Origin: Patescibacteria group bacterium
Lineage (GTDB): Bacteria > Patescibacteriota > Doudnabacteria > UBA920
Assembly (NCBI GenBank): GCA_023473845.1
Contig: JAMCYA010000013.1
Span: 1 to 35,901, forward strand
Direction: 5' to 3'
DNA: 35,901 nucleotides
Below are positions 7,479 to 15,773 of this stretch, piece by piece. Both the position numbers and the translations under genes were made by a program. The notes under the pieces were generated by a model, which was not told the origin of the DNA, searched no databases, and worked only from the letters and a program-made list of their open reading frames with translations. Within the stretch, counting starts at the first letter, position 1. Each line of letters begins with the position of its first letter.

Positions 7479-9209
7479 ATGGAAACCCCAGACACAATCA
7501 CTTTATTTGCAAAAACCAACTTCCGGAACCGCGAAGTGCCTTTTGGCATTAAGACTGATGACCGTCGGCGCCATATGTACCTGATCGGCAAGACAGGCAT
7601 GGGCAAAACCACGGTTATGGAGAATATGGCCATTCAGGATATCCGCAACGGTCACGGCCTGGCCTTCTTGGATCCGCACGGCGATTCCATCCAGCGGATT
7701 TTGGACTGCGTGCCGCCCAGCCGCGTCAATGACGTGGTGTATTTCAATCCCGCAGACTTAGAAAATCCCATTGCCTTTAACATTCTGGAGTCCGTGGAAA
7801 GCCGCTACAAGCACTTGGTGGCTTCCGGCCTGATGGGGGTTTTTACTAAAATCTGGGCCAATGTCTGGTCAGCCCGCATGGAGTACATCCTCAATAACAC
7901 CGTGCTGGCCCTTCTGGAAAGCCCGGGCAACACGCTGCTGGGCATTACCCGCATGTATGTGGACAAAAAATATCGCAAGCGCATCGTGGACAACATTAAG
8001 GACCCCGTAGTCAGGGCGTTTTGGACCGACGAATACGCCAACTACAACGAAAAGTACCGCACTGAGGCCATTGCGCCGATTCAGAACAAGGTGGGGCAAT
8101 TTTTGTCGTCCGCGATTGTCCGAAACATCGTGGGCCAGCCCAAAAGCACTATTGACCTTCGGGAAATTATGGACAAAAAGAAAATTTTAATTATGGATTT
8201 GTCCAAAGGCCGCGTAGGCGAAAATAATTCCGCCCTGCTCGGTTCCATGCTGGTCACCAAACTGCAGCTCGCCGCCATGTCCCGCACCGACATGCCCGAA
8301 AACGAGCGCTCCGACTTTTACCTGTACGTGGACGAGTTCCAAAACTTTGCCACGGACAGCTTTGCTACCATTTTGAGCGAAGCCCGGAAATACCGCTTAA
8401 ACCTGATTGTCGGCCACCAGTATATCGCCCAGCTGGAAAACGACAAAAGCACCAAGGTGAGGGATGCTATTTTCGGGAACGTGGGTACCATGGTTATCTT
8501 TCGCATAGGCGCAGCTGACGCCGAATTTTTGGAAACGGAGTTTGCCCCCACATTCACCCCGACCGATATGGTAAATCTGCCCAAGTATCACGTTATTTTA
8601 AAACTGATGATCAACGGCGTTGCCAGCGAGCCGTTTTCAGCCGTCACCATCCCCGCCAGCCCCGACTATTTTACGGGCAACTTTGAAAAAGTACTGAAAG
8701 TTTCCAGGGAGCGCTACAGCAACCCCGTGGCCGAAGTGGAAGAAAGGATTACCCGCTGGATGGGCGCGGATTACCACCAGGGGGCGGCGCTGCTAATTGG
8801 CAAAGAGCCCGCAGAAGAGGATGAAGACGAGGAAAAAACAAACGCTGAAGAAGAATTGCCGCCCATGCAAGCGCCGGAGGAGGCCCCCAGCCACACGGTA
8901 AGCGTGCAGGCGCTGCCGGTCCAGTCTAAACCTAAAAGCGCGCCCAGGCAGGAAGTGCAAAAACAGCAAAATCGGCATCCGCAGCAGAGCCAGCAACCCA
9001 GGCCGCCCAAAAGACCTAATCCATTAGCCCATAAAAAACAGGTTAAACCCAAAAAAGAAAACCCTATTTGGGATACGGTTGCCGCCATGCAAAAAGATAG
9101 GCAGGTTTTTTCCGCCCCGGCTCCTGAGGCTCCGCAACCTGACCCGCCTCAGCCTGAACCGGCCCAAGCCAAAACCGTAATTTTGCCCAACCAGCCACAC
9201 AGATTCTAA
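7479..9209 (+). CDS. VirD4/TraG/TrwB-like (FtsK-HerA superfamily) ATPase with low-complexity C-terminal tail
   Basis: DRRRHMYLIGKTGMGKT (Walker A), LDPHGD, LYVDEFQNF (Walker B), LSEARKYRL, HQYIAQL. Acidic then Pro/Gln/Lys-rich tail. Confidence 0.88.
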   Translation: METPDTITLFAKTNFRNREVPFGIKTDDRRRHMYLIGKTGMGKTTVMENMAIQDIRNGHGLAFLDPHGDSIQRILDCVPPSRVNDVVYFNPADLENPIAFNILESVESRYKHLVASGLMGVFTKIWANVWSARMEYILNNTVLALLESPGNTLLGITRMYVDKKYRKRIVDNIKDPVVRAFWTDEYANYNEKYRTEAIAPIQNKVGQFLSSAIVRNIVGQPKSTIDLREIMDKKKILIMDLSKGRVGENNSALLGSMLVTKLQLAAMSRTDMPENERSDFYLYVDEFQNFATDSFATILSEARKYRLNLIVGHQYIAQLENDKSTKVRDAIFGNVGTMVIFRIGAADAEFLETEFAPTFTPTDMVNLPKYHVILKLMINGVASEPFSAVTIPASPDYFTGNFEKVLKVSRERYSNPVAEVEERITRWMGADYHQGAALLIGKEPAEEDEDEEKTNAEEELPPMQAPEEAPSHTVSVQALPVQSKPKSAPRQEVQKQQNRHPQQSQQPRPPKRPNPLAHKKQVKPKKENPIWDTVAAMQKDRQVFSAPAPEAPQPDPPQPEPAQAKTVILPNQPHRF

Positions 9210-9211
9210 AC

Positions 9212-9239
9212 AAAAAACCTCCCGAAAGGGAGGTTTTTT
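9212..9239. terminator. Bidirectional intrinsic terminator between the ATPase gene and trxA
   Basis: AAAAAA-CCTCCC-gaaa-GGGAGG-TTTTTT between convergent genes. Confidence 0.9.
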
Positions 9240-9253
9240 AAATTTGGACAAGC

Positions 9254-9574
9254 TTATACCAGCTTTTTAATAGCTTCTTCGAATTGGGCTTTGGGTGCTG
9301 CGCCGATTATCTCGTTAACTATCTTGCCGTCTTTGAAATATTTCATTGTCGGGATGCTCATTACGCCGTAACGTGAAGCCAGTTCGTTGTTTTCATCCAC
9401 ATTTACCTTGCCTACTTTGATTTTGCCTTCGTATTCCTTGGCCAGTTCTTCGATTACCGGAGCTACTGCCCGGCAAGGCCCGCACCATACTGCCCAAAAA
9501 TCCACGAGTACCGGAATGGGCGAGTTTAAGACTTCTTTTTCAAAATTTCCGCTGTTTAAAGTGATTTCACTCAT
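9254..9574 (-). CDS. trxA: Thioredoxin
   Basis: VDFWAVWCGPC active site, SIPT cis-Pro motif, 106 aa. Confidence 0.97.
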   Translation of the reverse strand: MSEITLNSGNFEKEVLNSPIPVLVDFWAVWCGPCRAVAPVIEELAKEYEGKIKVGKVNVDENNELASRYGVMSIPTMKYFKDGKIVNEIIGAAPKAQFEEAIKKLV

Positions 9575-9606
9575 ATTTTGTTGGGATATTTTTTAATCTG
9601 CAATTC

Positions 9607-9635
9607 ATCTTATCCACAATTTTTTCTTTTGTCAA
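9607..9635 (-). promoter_or_regulatory. Putative trxA promoter overlapping a consensus DnaA box
   Basis: Minus strand TTGACA (9635-9630), 17 nt, TAAGAT (9612-9607). TTATCCACA at 9610-9618. Confidence 0.55.
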
Positions 9636-9668
9636 CCATGCTTTATAATGAGAATATACGCATTTTAC

Positions 9669-10646
9669 ATGGAACAGACACAAAAACAAAAACTTTTAAA
9701 AAGGATATTCTGGAGCGCGGTTTTTTTTAATTTTTTAGCCATGACCGGGCTCGGGTTATGGGTTTTTTTGAAACCCGGGCCTGCCGAGCGCGGTTTTGCG
9801 GCTCAGGACCCCGCGCCCCAGGTTTTAGGAGCCATTTCCGCCCCGCTCCGGGGGCCGGAGCAGCCTGTATTGCCCCGCCTGTTTGAGGAAACAGGCCAGC
9901 TGAAATTGGACGGCGTGTCTGCCAAGAGCTTTTTAGTCTACGACGCCGAAACCGGCCAGGATTTGCTGGCCCGCGACCCGGACCAGCGTTTAGGTATCGC
10001 CAGCCTGACCAAGCTGCTTACGGCTTATACGGCTTACCAGCAGTTAAACATGGCAGGGGAGATTATCGTGCCTTCCAGCACGGATTCCAGCATTAGCCCA
10101 AGCCTGAAGCTCCGGCCCGGCGACCGGATTAAAACCCTGGATATTTTCAATGCCATGCTGGTGGGCTCGGAAAACGACGCTGCCGGCGTATTGGCTTCGG
10201 TGGTAAAAACCCAGACCGGGCAAAGCACAGTAAGCCTGATGAACCAAGTAGCCCAAGGCTTGGGCATGAACAGTTCCCATTTTGGCAACCCGTTCGGGTT
10301 TGACTACGGAAATAATTATTCTACGGCCAATGATTTAAAAAAGCTGGTCAACCAGACCCAGGAGCTGCGTGCTTTTACCGCTCTGGAGTCTAAAACCGGG
10401 TATTCGTTTAAGGGCAGTTTTAACGAAACCTACCGGGCGCGGGCCACCAACAAGCTGGTAGGCAGCAGAAAAAACATTTACGCGATTAAGACAGGCTACA
10501 CTGAAACCACTCTGGGCTCCATTGCGCTGAAAACCTACGTTGAAGGGCACCCGGTGGTGGTAATTGTCCTGGGCAGCCAGAACAGGGAGGCAGATGCCTT
10601 AAGACTGATAGATGAAGTAATAAAAAATTTCCGTTTGGCTAAATAG
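9669..10646 (+). CDS. Serine-type D-alanyl-D-alanine carboxypeptidase (peptidase S11), N-terminally anchored
   Basis: SxxK (ASLTK), SxN (SEND), KTG (IKTGYT) and an N-terminal TM. ATG 9648 overlaps a TATAAT box (9644-9649), so ATG 9669 is preferred. Confidence 0.9.
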   Translation: MEQTQKQKLLKRIFWSAVFFNFLAMTGLGLWVFLKPGPAERGFAAQDPAPQVLGAISAPLRGPEQPVLPRLFEETGQLKLDGVSAKSFLVYDAETGQDLLARDPDQRLGIASLTKLLTAYTAYQQLNMAGEIIVPSSTDSSISPSLKLRPGDRIKTLDIFNAMLVGSENDAAGVLASVVKTQTGQSTVSLMNQVAQGLGMNSSHFGNPFGFDYGNNYSTANDLKKLVNQTQELRAFTALESKTGYSFKGSFNETYRARATNKLVGSRKNIYAIKTGYTETTLGSIALKTYVEGHPVVVIVLGSQNREADALRLIDEVIKNFRLAK

Positions 10647-10650
10647 TTAT

Positions 10651-10680
10651 TTGGGAAAACGCGCGTTTTGTGGTAAAATA
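10651..10680 (+). promoter_or_regulatory. Extended -10 promoter for the mraY cluster with a palindromic spacer
   Basis: TGTGG-TAAAAT (10669-10679) ends 9 nt before the ATG. Perfect palindrome AAAACGCGCGTTTT at 10656-10669. Confidence 0.6.
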
Positions 10681-10688
10681 AAGCCAAT

Positions 10689-11726
10689 ATGGTTGACTCA
10701 ATCCTCAACAAGATTTTCACGCTATCCTCGCTTTCTTTTATTGCCGCTTTCCTGGTTACCCCGCTTTTAACCGCTTTTCTTTACCGCAACAAATTGGGCA
10801 AGCAGATCCGCAACGACGGCAGCACGCCTCTCTTTTCCAAACTTCATGCCAGCAAGGCCGGTACGCCTACAATGGGCGGCGTGCTGGTTTGGGGCACAAC
10901 CTGCGCCTTGGCCGGCTTGCTCTGGCTGCTAAAAACTTTTACGGACTGGTCCTGGGCCGCACATTTAAATTTTTTGACGCGCAAAGAAACCCTGCTGCCT
11001 TTAGGCGCTTTTTTGGGGGCATCGCTGGTGGGCTTGGTTGATGATTGGCTGGATGCCCGGCGCTTGGGCCACAATGGCCGGGGACTCAGGTTCCGTTCCA
11101 AGCTTTGGCTGTACGTGCTGGTGGCGGCCATCGGTGCCTGGTGGTTTTATTTTAAGCTGGATTTTTCCTCCATCCACGTGCCTTTCTACGGCTCCATCGA
11201 TTTAGGCTGGTGGTACATTCCTTTTTTTATTTTTACGGTGGTGGCAACCAGTTTTTCGGTCAACCAGACTGATGGTTTGGACGGTTTGGCCGGCGGGATA
11301 CTTTCTTTGGCCTTCTTCGGCTTTGCGCTGATTGCCTACATTCAAGGCAAAAACGACTTAGCCAGCCTGCTTGGCGTGGTGTGCGGCTCACTTCTCGCTT
11401 TTCTGTGGTTTAATGTCTACCCTGCCCGGTTCTTTATGGGCGATACGGGCTCCATGGGACTGGGCGTGCTCCTGGCCGTGGTCGCTTTCCTTACCAACTC
11501 CGTGCTGCTTATCCCGATTATCGGCGTAATTTTTTTACTGGAAGCCCTTTCCACAATTATCCAAATTTTTTCCAAAAAGTTTCTGGGCCGGAAAGTTTTC
11601 CTTTCCTCGCCCCTGCACAACCATTTTCAGGCGATTGGCTGGCCGGAAACAAAAATCACCATGCGTTTTTGGATTATTTCCGCGGTCATGAGCATTGTCG
11701 GCGTTATTATTTATTTCATAACCTAA
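10689..11726 (+). CDS. mraY: Phospho-N-acetylmuramoyl-pentapeptide transferase
   Basis: KAGTPTMGG, GLVDD, VNQTDGLDGLA, PARFFMGDTGS, PLHNHF...GWPETKI. Confidence 0.96.
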   Translation: MVDSILNKIFTLSSLSFIAAFLVTPLLTAFLYRNKLGKQIRNDGSTPLFSKLHASKAGTPTMGGVLVWGTTCALAGLLWLLKTFTDWSWAAHLNFLTRKETLLPLGAFLGASLVGLVDDWLDARRLGHNGRGLRFRSKLWLYVLVAAIGAWWFYFKLDFSSIHVPFYGSIDLGWWYIPFFIFTVVATSFSVNQTDGLDGLAGGILSLAFFGFALIAYIQGKNDLASLLGVVCGSLLAFLWFNVYPARFFMGDTGSMGLGVLLAVVAFLTNSVLLIPIIGVIFLLEALSTIIQIFSKKFLGRKVFLSSPLHNHFQAIGWPETKITMRFWIISAVMSIVGVIIYFIT

Positions 11727-11730
11727 CCTT

Positions 11731-13296
11731 ATGTATTCGCTGTTAATCAAAAATTGCCAGCTGGTGGACGGCACCGGCGAGCCGTCCCGCAAGGCCGACG
11801 TGGCCATCCAGGGCGACAAAATTGTCAACATTGACCAAAGCATCAACATTGAGGCGGAAAGCGTTATTGATGCGGGCGGCAAAGTGCTGGCCCCGGGCTT
11901 TGTTGATTTGCAGAACCACAGCGACAGCTACTGGCAGGTTTTTGACAATCCCCGGTTTGACAGCCTAGTTACCCAAGGCTTTACCAGCATTGTCATCGGC
12001 AACTGCGGGGCCAGTTTAGCGCCGCTCTTGTCGCACGACGCGCTTTTGTCCGTGCAGAAATGGCATAACCTGGAAGGCGCAAACATCAACTGGCAGTCGT
12101 TCAGTGAGTACATTGAGGAGCTTTCCCGCCACCGTTTCGCCTGCAACGTGGCCAGCCTGGTGGGGTATTCCACCTTAAGGCGCGGCATTGTCGGCGACCA
12201 GGTGCGGAGCCTGGAGAAAGAAGAGCTGGCGGCCTTAAAAAAATTCTTGTCCGAAAGCATTGATGCCGGCGCTTTCGGCATGTCCAGCGGCCTGTCCTAC
12301 TCGCACGAGATTATTATTTCCGAAATCGAACTCTACGAACTGGCCAAAATCTTGACCCAAAAAAAAGCCTTGTTTTCCATCCATTTGCGCAGCGAAGGTT
12401 CGGAAGTCTCCGAGGCCGTGGAAGAATCCCTGGATATTGCGCGCAGCACGGAAGTCAACTTGAAAATTTCCCATTTCAAAGTCCGCAACGAAAATAACTG
12501 GCAAAAATTCGAGGAAGTCATCCAGAAGATCGAAAATGCCTACCATAAAGGCTATAACGTGCACTTTGACGCATACCCTTACACTGCAATCTGGCAGCCG
12601 CTGTATGCTTATCTGCCGCGCTGGGCGATTGAGGGCGGACGGCAGGTGATGCTCAAGCATTTTGAAAATCCCATCCAGAAAAATAAAATTTTGTCCTACC
12701 TCAACAACCTCAACGTCAAATTCCCTTCCATGCTGGTAGCCTCCACGGCCAATAAGCTGAATTTCATGGGCAAGACCATCGGGCAGATTGCCAAAAATAT
12801 GGAAGTCTCCAGCGAACAGGCGGTTTTGCACATTATTCAGAACGGCGGCAGCGAGGTTCTGGTCTTTGAAGAAAGCCTCAATCCCGACCAGGTTAAACAG
12901 GCAATTTTCCATCCGCTCTCGTTTGTGGCTACGGATGGCGGCGGTTTTCCGGAAACGGTTAAAGACAAGCTGGTGCACCCGCGCTGTTTCGGCAGCGCCC
13001 CGAAATTTTTAAACATGGCCCTGGCTGAAAACGCCATGCCGCTGGAAAAAGCCATTAAGAAACTGACTTCGGGGCCGGCAGCCAAAATTGGCCTCAAAAA
13101 GCGGGGTGAAATTAAGATTGGCAATTTTGCGGATTTGGTTATTTTCGATCCGGCCAAAATTGGCTCCCAGGCCAGCTACCAAAACCCTTACCAATTCAGC
13201 CAGGGAATCGATTACGTATTCGTCAACGGCAAGCCCGCGCTGGCTGAAGGCAAGCTCACCAGCCAGCTGCCCGGCTATGTCTTAAGGAAAAGCTAA
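11731..13296 (+). CDS. N-acyl-D-amino-acid deacylase-like amidohydrolase
   Basis: LVDGTG, APGFVDLQNHSD, GNCG, IHLRSE, ISHFK, ATDG, HPRCFG, ADLVIFDP and VFVNG match the D-aminoacylase family. Confidence 0.88.
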   Translation: MYSLLIKNCQLVDGTGEPSRKADVAIQGDKIVNIDQSINIEAESVIDAGGKVLAPGFVDLQNHSDSYWQVFDNPRFDSLVTQGFTSIVIGNCGASLAPLLSHDALLSVQKWHNLEGANINWQSFSEYIEELSRHRFACNVASLVGYSTLRRGIVGDQVRSLEKEELAALKKFLSESIDAGAFGMSSGLSYSHEIIISEIELYELAKILTQKKALFSIHLRSEGSEVSEAVEESLDIARSTEVNLKISHFKVRNENNWQKFEEVIQKIENAYHKGYNVHFDAYPYTAIWQPLYAYLPRWAIEGGRQVMLKHFENPIQKNKILSYLNNLNVKFPSMLVASTANKLNFMGKTIGQIAKNMEVSSEQAVLHIIQNGGSEVLVFEESLNPDQVKQAIFHPLSFVATDGGGFPETVKDKLVHPRCFGSAPKFLNMALAENAMPLEKAIKKLTSGPAAKIGLKKRGEIKIGNFADLVIFDPAKIGSQASYQNPYQFSQGIDYVFVNGKPALAEGKLTSQLPGYVLRKS

Positions 13297-13298
13297 AC

Positions 13299-14660
13299 AT
13301 GTTAAGCGAGTTGCGCCAGAAAAAAATTGCCGTTTTGGGTTTCGGCGTGGAAGGCAAAACGGTTATAGGCTATCTCTCAAGGCACGGCATAAAACCCGTG
13401 CTCTTTGATCAAAGTCCGGCAAATAGCTTTTCCGTGGCAGACCGCCAGTTCATAAAACGGCATTGCGGGGCCGCGGTATTCGGCAAACAGGCTTTTTTCA
13501 AGCTCCAGGGCTTCGAGGTGATTTTTAAAAGCCCGGGGATTCCGCCGAGGGAACTAAAGCGGCTGCCTAAAACAGCAAAGCTTACCAGCCAGACCGCGGA
13601 ATTTTTGCAGGCTTACAGCCAACGCACTATCGGGGTAACCGGCACCAAAGGCAAGGGCACAACCAGCACGCTTATTTATGAAATGCTGAAAGCGGCCGGC
13701 CGGCCGGCTTACCTTACGGGCAACATCGGCAAATTGCAGGCTTTGGAAATTTACGACAAGCTGAAGCCGGCCGACTGGGTTGTATTTGAACTTTCCAGTT
13801 TCCAGTTGCGCGAAGTCCAGGCCAGCCCGCATATTGCCGTAGTGCTCATGACCACTAGCGAACATTTAAACTGGCACAGAGGCCGAGGGGATTATTGGCA
13901 AAGCAAAACCGGGATTACCCGGTTTCAGCAAAAGAAAGATTTTGCCGTCGTTAACCAGGATTACCCAGGTTCGAAAGCCGTGGGCCGGCTGGGCCGGGGC
14001 CAAAAAAGTTACGTCAGCCGTTTTGGAAGCGTACCCCAGGGCTGCTGCGTATTAGACGGAAAAATCGTACTCAAAAAAGCCAAGCAGGTTTTGCCGATTA
14101 TCCCCGTATCCGAATTGGCGTTGATTGGCGAGCACAACTGGGAAAACGCCTGCGCTGCAAGCGAGGCGGCCCATTTGGCCGGCTGCGGCCTGGCGGCAAT
14201 CAGAAAAGTTTTGCGCCAATTCCGCGGCCTGGAACACCGCTTGGAGTTTGCGGGTCAAAAAGCCGGGATCAAATATTATAACGATTCCTTTTCCACCATT
14301 CCGGAAACCACCATGGCGGCAATTCGGGCCTTTGGGGAGCCTGTTGTGCTGCTGCTCGGAGGTTCGGGTAAAAATTCCAACTTCCGGCCGTTAGCCAAAA
14401 TGCTGGCCGAACAGAGCAACCTGCGCAAGGCCGTGGTTTATGGCAGCGAAGCGCCGCGCATCCTGGCTGCGCTCAGGTACGCCCGCATGCCCGCGGAAAA
14501 AATCGCCACGGGCGGCAAAACTTTTTCCGCCGTGTTCCGGCAAGCCCGGTCTGCGGCCAAAAAAGGTGATGTGGTGCTGCTCAGCCCAGCCTGCGCCTCC
14601 TTTGATATGTTCAAAAACTACAAACAGCGCGGCGAAACTTTTAAGCGCCTGGTGAAATAA
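13299..14660 (+). CDS. murD: UDP-N-acetylmuramoyl-L-alanine--D-glutamate ligase
   Basis: KSPGI, GVTGTKGKGTT, ELSSFQL, GLEHRLE, YYNDS, VLLSPACASFDMFKNYKQRG. Confidence 0.96.
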   Translation: MLSELRQKKIAVLGFGVEGKTVIGYLSRHGIKPVLFDQSPANSFSVADRQFIKRHCGAAVFGKQAFFKLQGFEVIFKSPGIPPRELKRLPKTAKLTSQTAEFLQAYSQRTIGVTGTKGKGTTSTLIYEMLKAAGRPAYLTGNIGKLQALEIYDKLKPADWVVFELSSFQLREVQASPHIAVVLMTTSEHLNWHRGRGDYWQSKTGITRFQQKKDFAVVNQDYPGSKAVGRLGRGQKSYVSRFGSVPQGCCVLDGKIVLKKAKQVLPIIPVSELALIGEHNWENACAASEAAHLAGCGLAAIRKVLRQFRGLEHRLEFAGQKAGIKYYNDSFSTIPETTMAAIRAFGEPVVLLLGGSGKNSNFRPLAKMLAEQSNLRKAVVYGSEAPRILAALRYARMPAEKIATGGKTFSAVFRQARSAAKKGDVVLLSPACASFDMFKNYKQRGETFKRLVK

Positions 14661-14665
14661 TCCTT

Positions 14666-15769
14666 ATGGTAAAAAAAAGCTCCAACTTCGATTATGCTTT
14701 GCTGGGCATCACTCTGGCGCTTTTGGCCGTAGGCCTGGTTTCCCTCTATTCGGCTTCGGCCGTGGAATCTTTCAAGCATTCGGGCAACTCCACTTATTAC
14801 ATACAAAAGCAGCTGCTGAGCGGGGTGGTCTTCGGGCTAATCGGCATGTACGTTGCCTCCCGGATTGATTACCATTTTTGGCAGAAAAATCTGCCTTTGC
14901 TGGTGGTGGTTTCCTTGGGTTTGCTGGCGGCCACCAAGCTGACGCCTTTGGGCGTGTCTGCGGGCGGGGCGAGCCGCTGGCTGAATTTGGGTTTTACTAC
15001 TTTTCAGCCCGCAGAGCTGGCTAAAATCGTTTTGGTTTTTTACATTGCCGCCTGGATCGGAAAAAAGGGCAAGGCCATTAACGATTTTACCTTAGGCCTC
15101 TTGCCGTCACTGATAATTGTGGCCTTATTTGCGGGCATGATTTTGTGGCAGCCCGATTTTGGCACCATGTCCGTGCTCGTGGGCGTATCTTTTTTTATGC
15201 TGATTGTCGGGGGTGTCAACTGGAAATATTTATTCTGGGCCGCAGTATCCGGTTTCCTGCTGACCTATGCCATTGTCCACTTCGAGCCCTATCGCTTAAA
15301 GCGCATTACTGCCTTCCTGAATCCCGCCTCCGATCCGCAGGGCATCAGCTACCATGTAAACCAAGCGCTTTTGGCCGTGGGCTCCGGCGGGCTGTGGGGT
15401 TATGGCTACGGCCTCTCGCGCCAAAAACACAGCTATCTGCCCGAAGTTATGGGTGATTCCATTTTTGCGGTCACGGCCGAAGAATTGGGCTTTATCCGGA
15501 TTACCGCCATTCTCGGGCTATTTGTCGCTTTTTTAATCCGAGGCATTACTCTGGCCAAAAAAGCGCCCGACGAATTTGGCCGCCTGACCGCTTTTGGAAT
15601 CACGGCCTGGATTGCCTTACAGGCCATAATCAACATCGGAGCCATGGTTAAACTGCTGCCTTTAACCGGCATTCCGCTGCCTTTTTTCAGCTATGGCAGC
15701 TCTGCCATGCTGATTAACCTGTCTGCCGTAGGCGTTTTGCTGAATATTTCCAGGCAAGCCAAAACTTAA
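14666..15769 (+). CDS. ftsW: SEDS peptidoglycan glycosyltransferase FtsW
   Basis: GASRW, FQPAELAK, QPDFGT, YLPEVMGDSIF...EELG, PLTGIPLPFFSYGSS; directly after murD. Confidence 0.93.
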   Translation: MVKKSSNFDYALLGITLALLAVGLVSLYSASAVESFKHSGNSTYYIQKQLLSGVVFGLIGMYVASRIDYHFWQKNLPLLVVVSLGLLAATKLTPLGVSAGGASRWLNLGFTTFQPAELAKIVLVFYIAAWIGKKGKAINDFTLGLLPSLIIVALFAGMILWQPDFGTMSVLVGVSFFMLIVGGVNWKYLFWAAVSGFLLTYAIVHFEPYRLKRITAFLNPASDPQGISYHVNQALLAVGSGGLWGYGYGLSRQKHSYLPEVMGDSIFAVTAEELGFIRITAILGLFVAFLIRGITLAKKAPDEFGRLTAFGITAWIALQAIINIGAMVKLLPLTGIPLPFFSYGSSAMLINLSAVGVLLNISRQAKT

Positions 15770-15773
15770 AACC

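Noticed and set aside
7479..9209. Conjugative element or ICE
   Set aside because: No relaxase, integrase, VirB genes, att repeats or compositional shift; the neighbours are housekeeping genes.
9600..9650. Replication origin
   Set aside because: Only one DnaA box in an intergenic region under 100 nt, and no dnaA/dnaN nearby.
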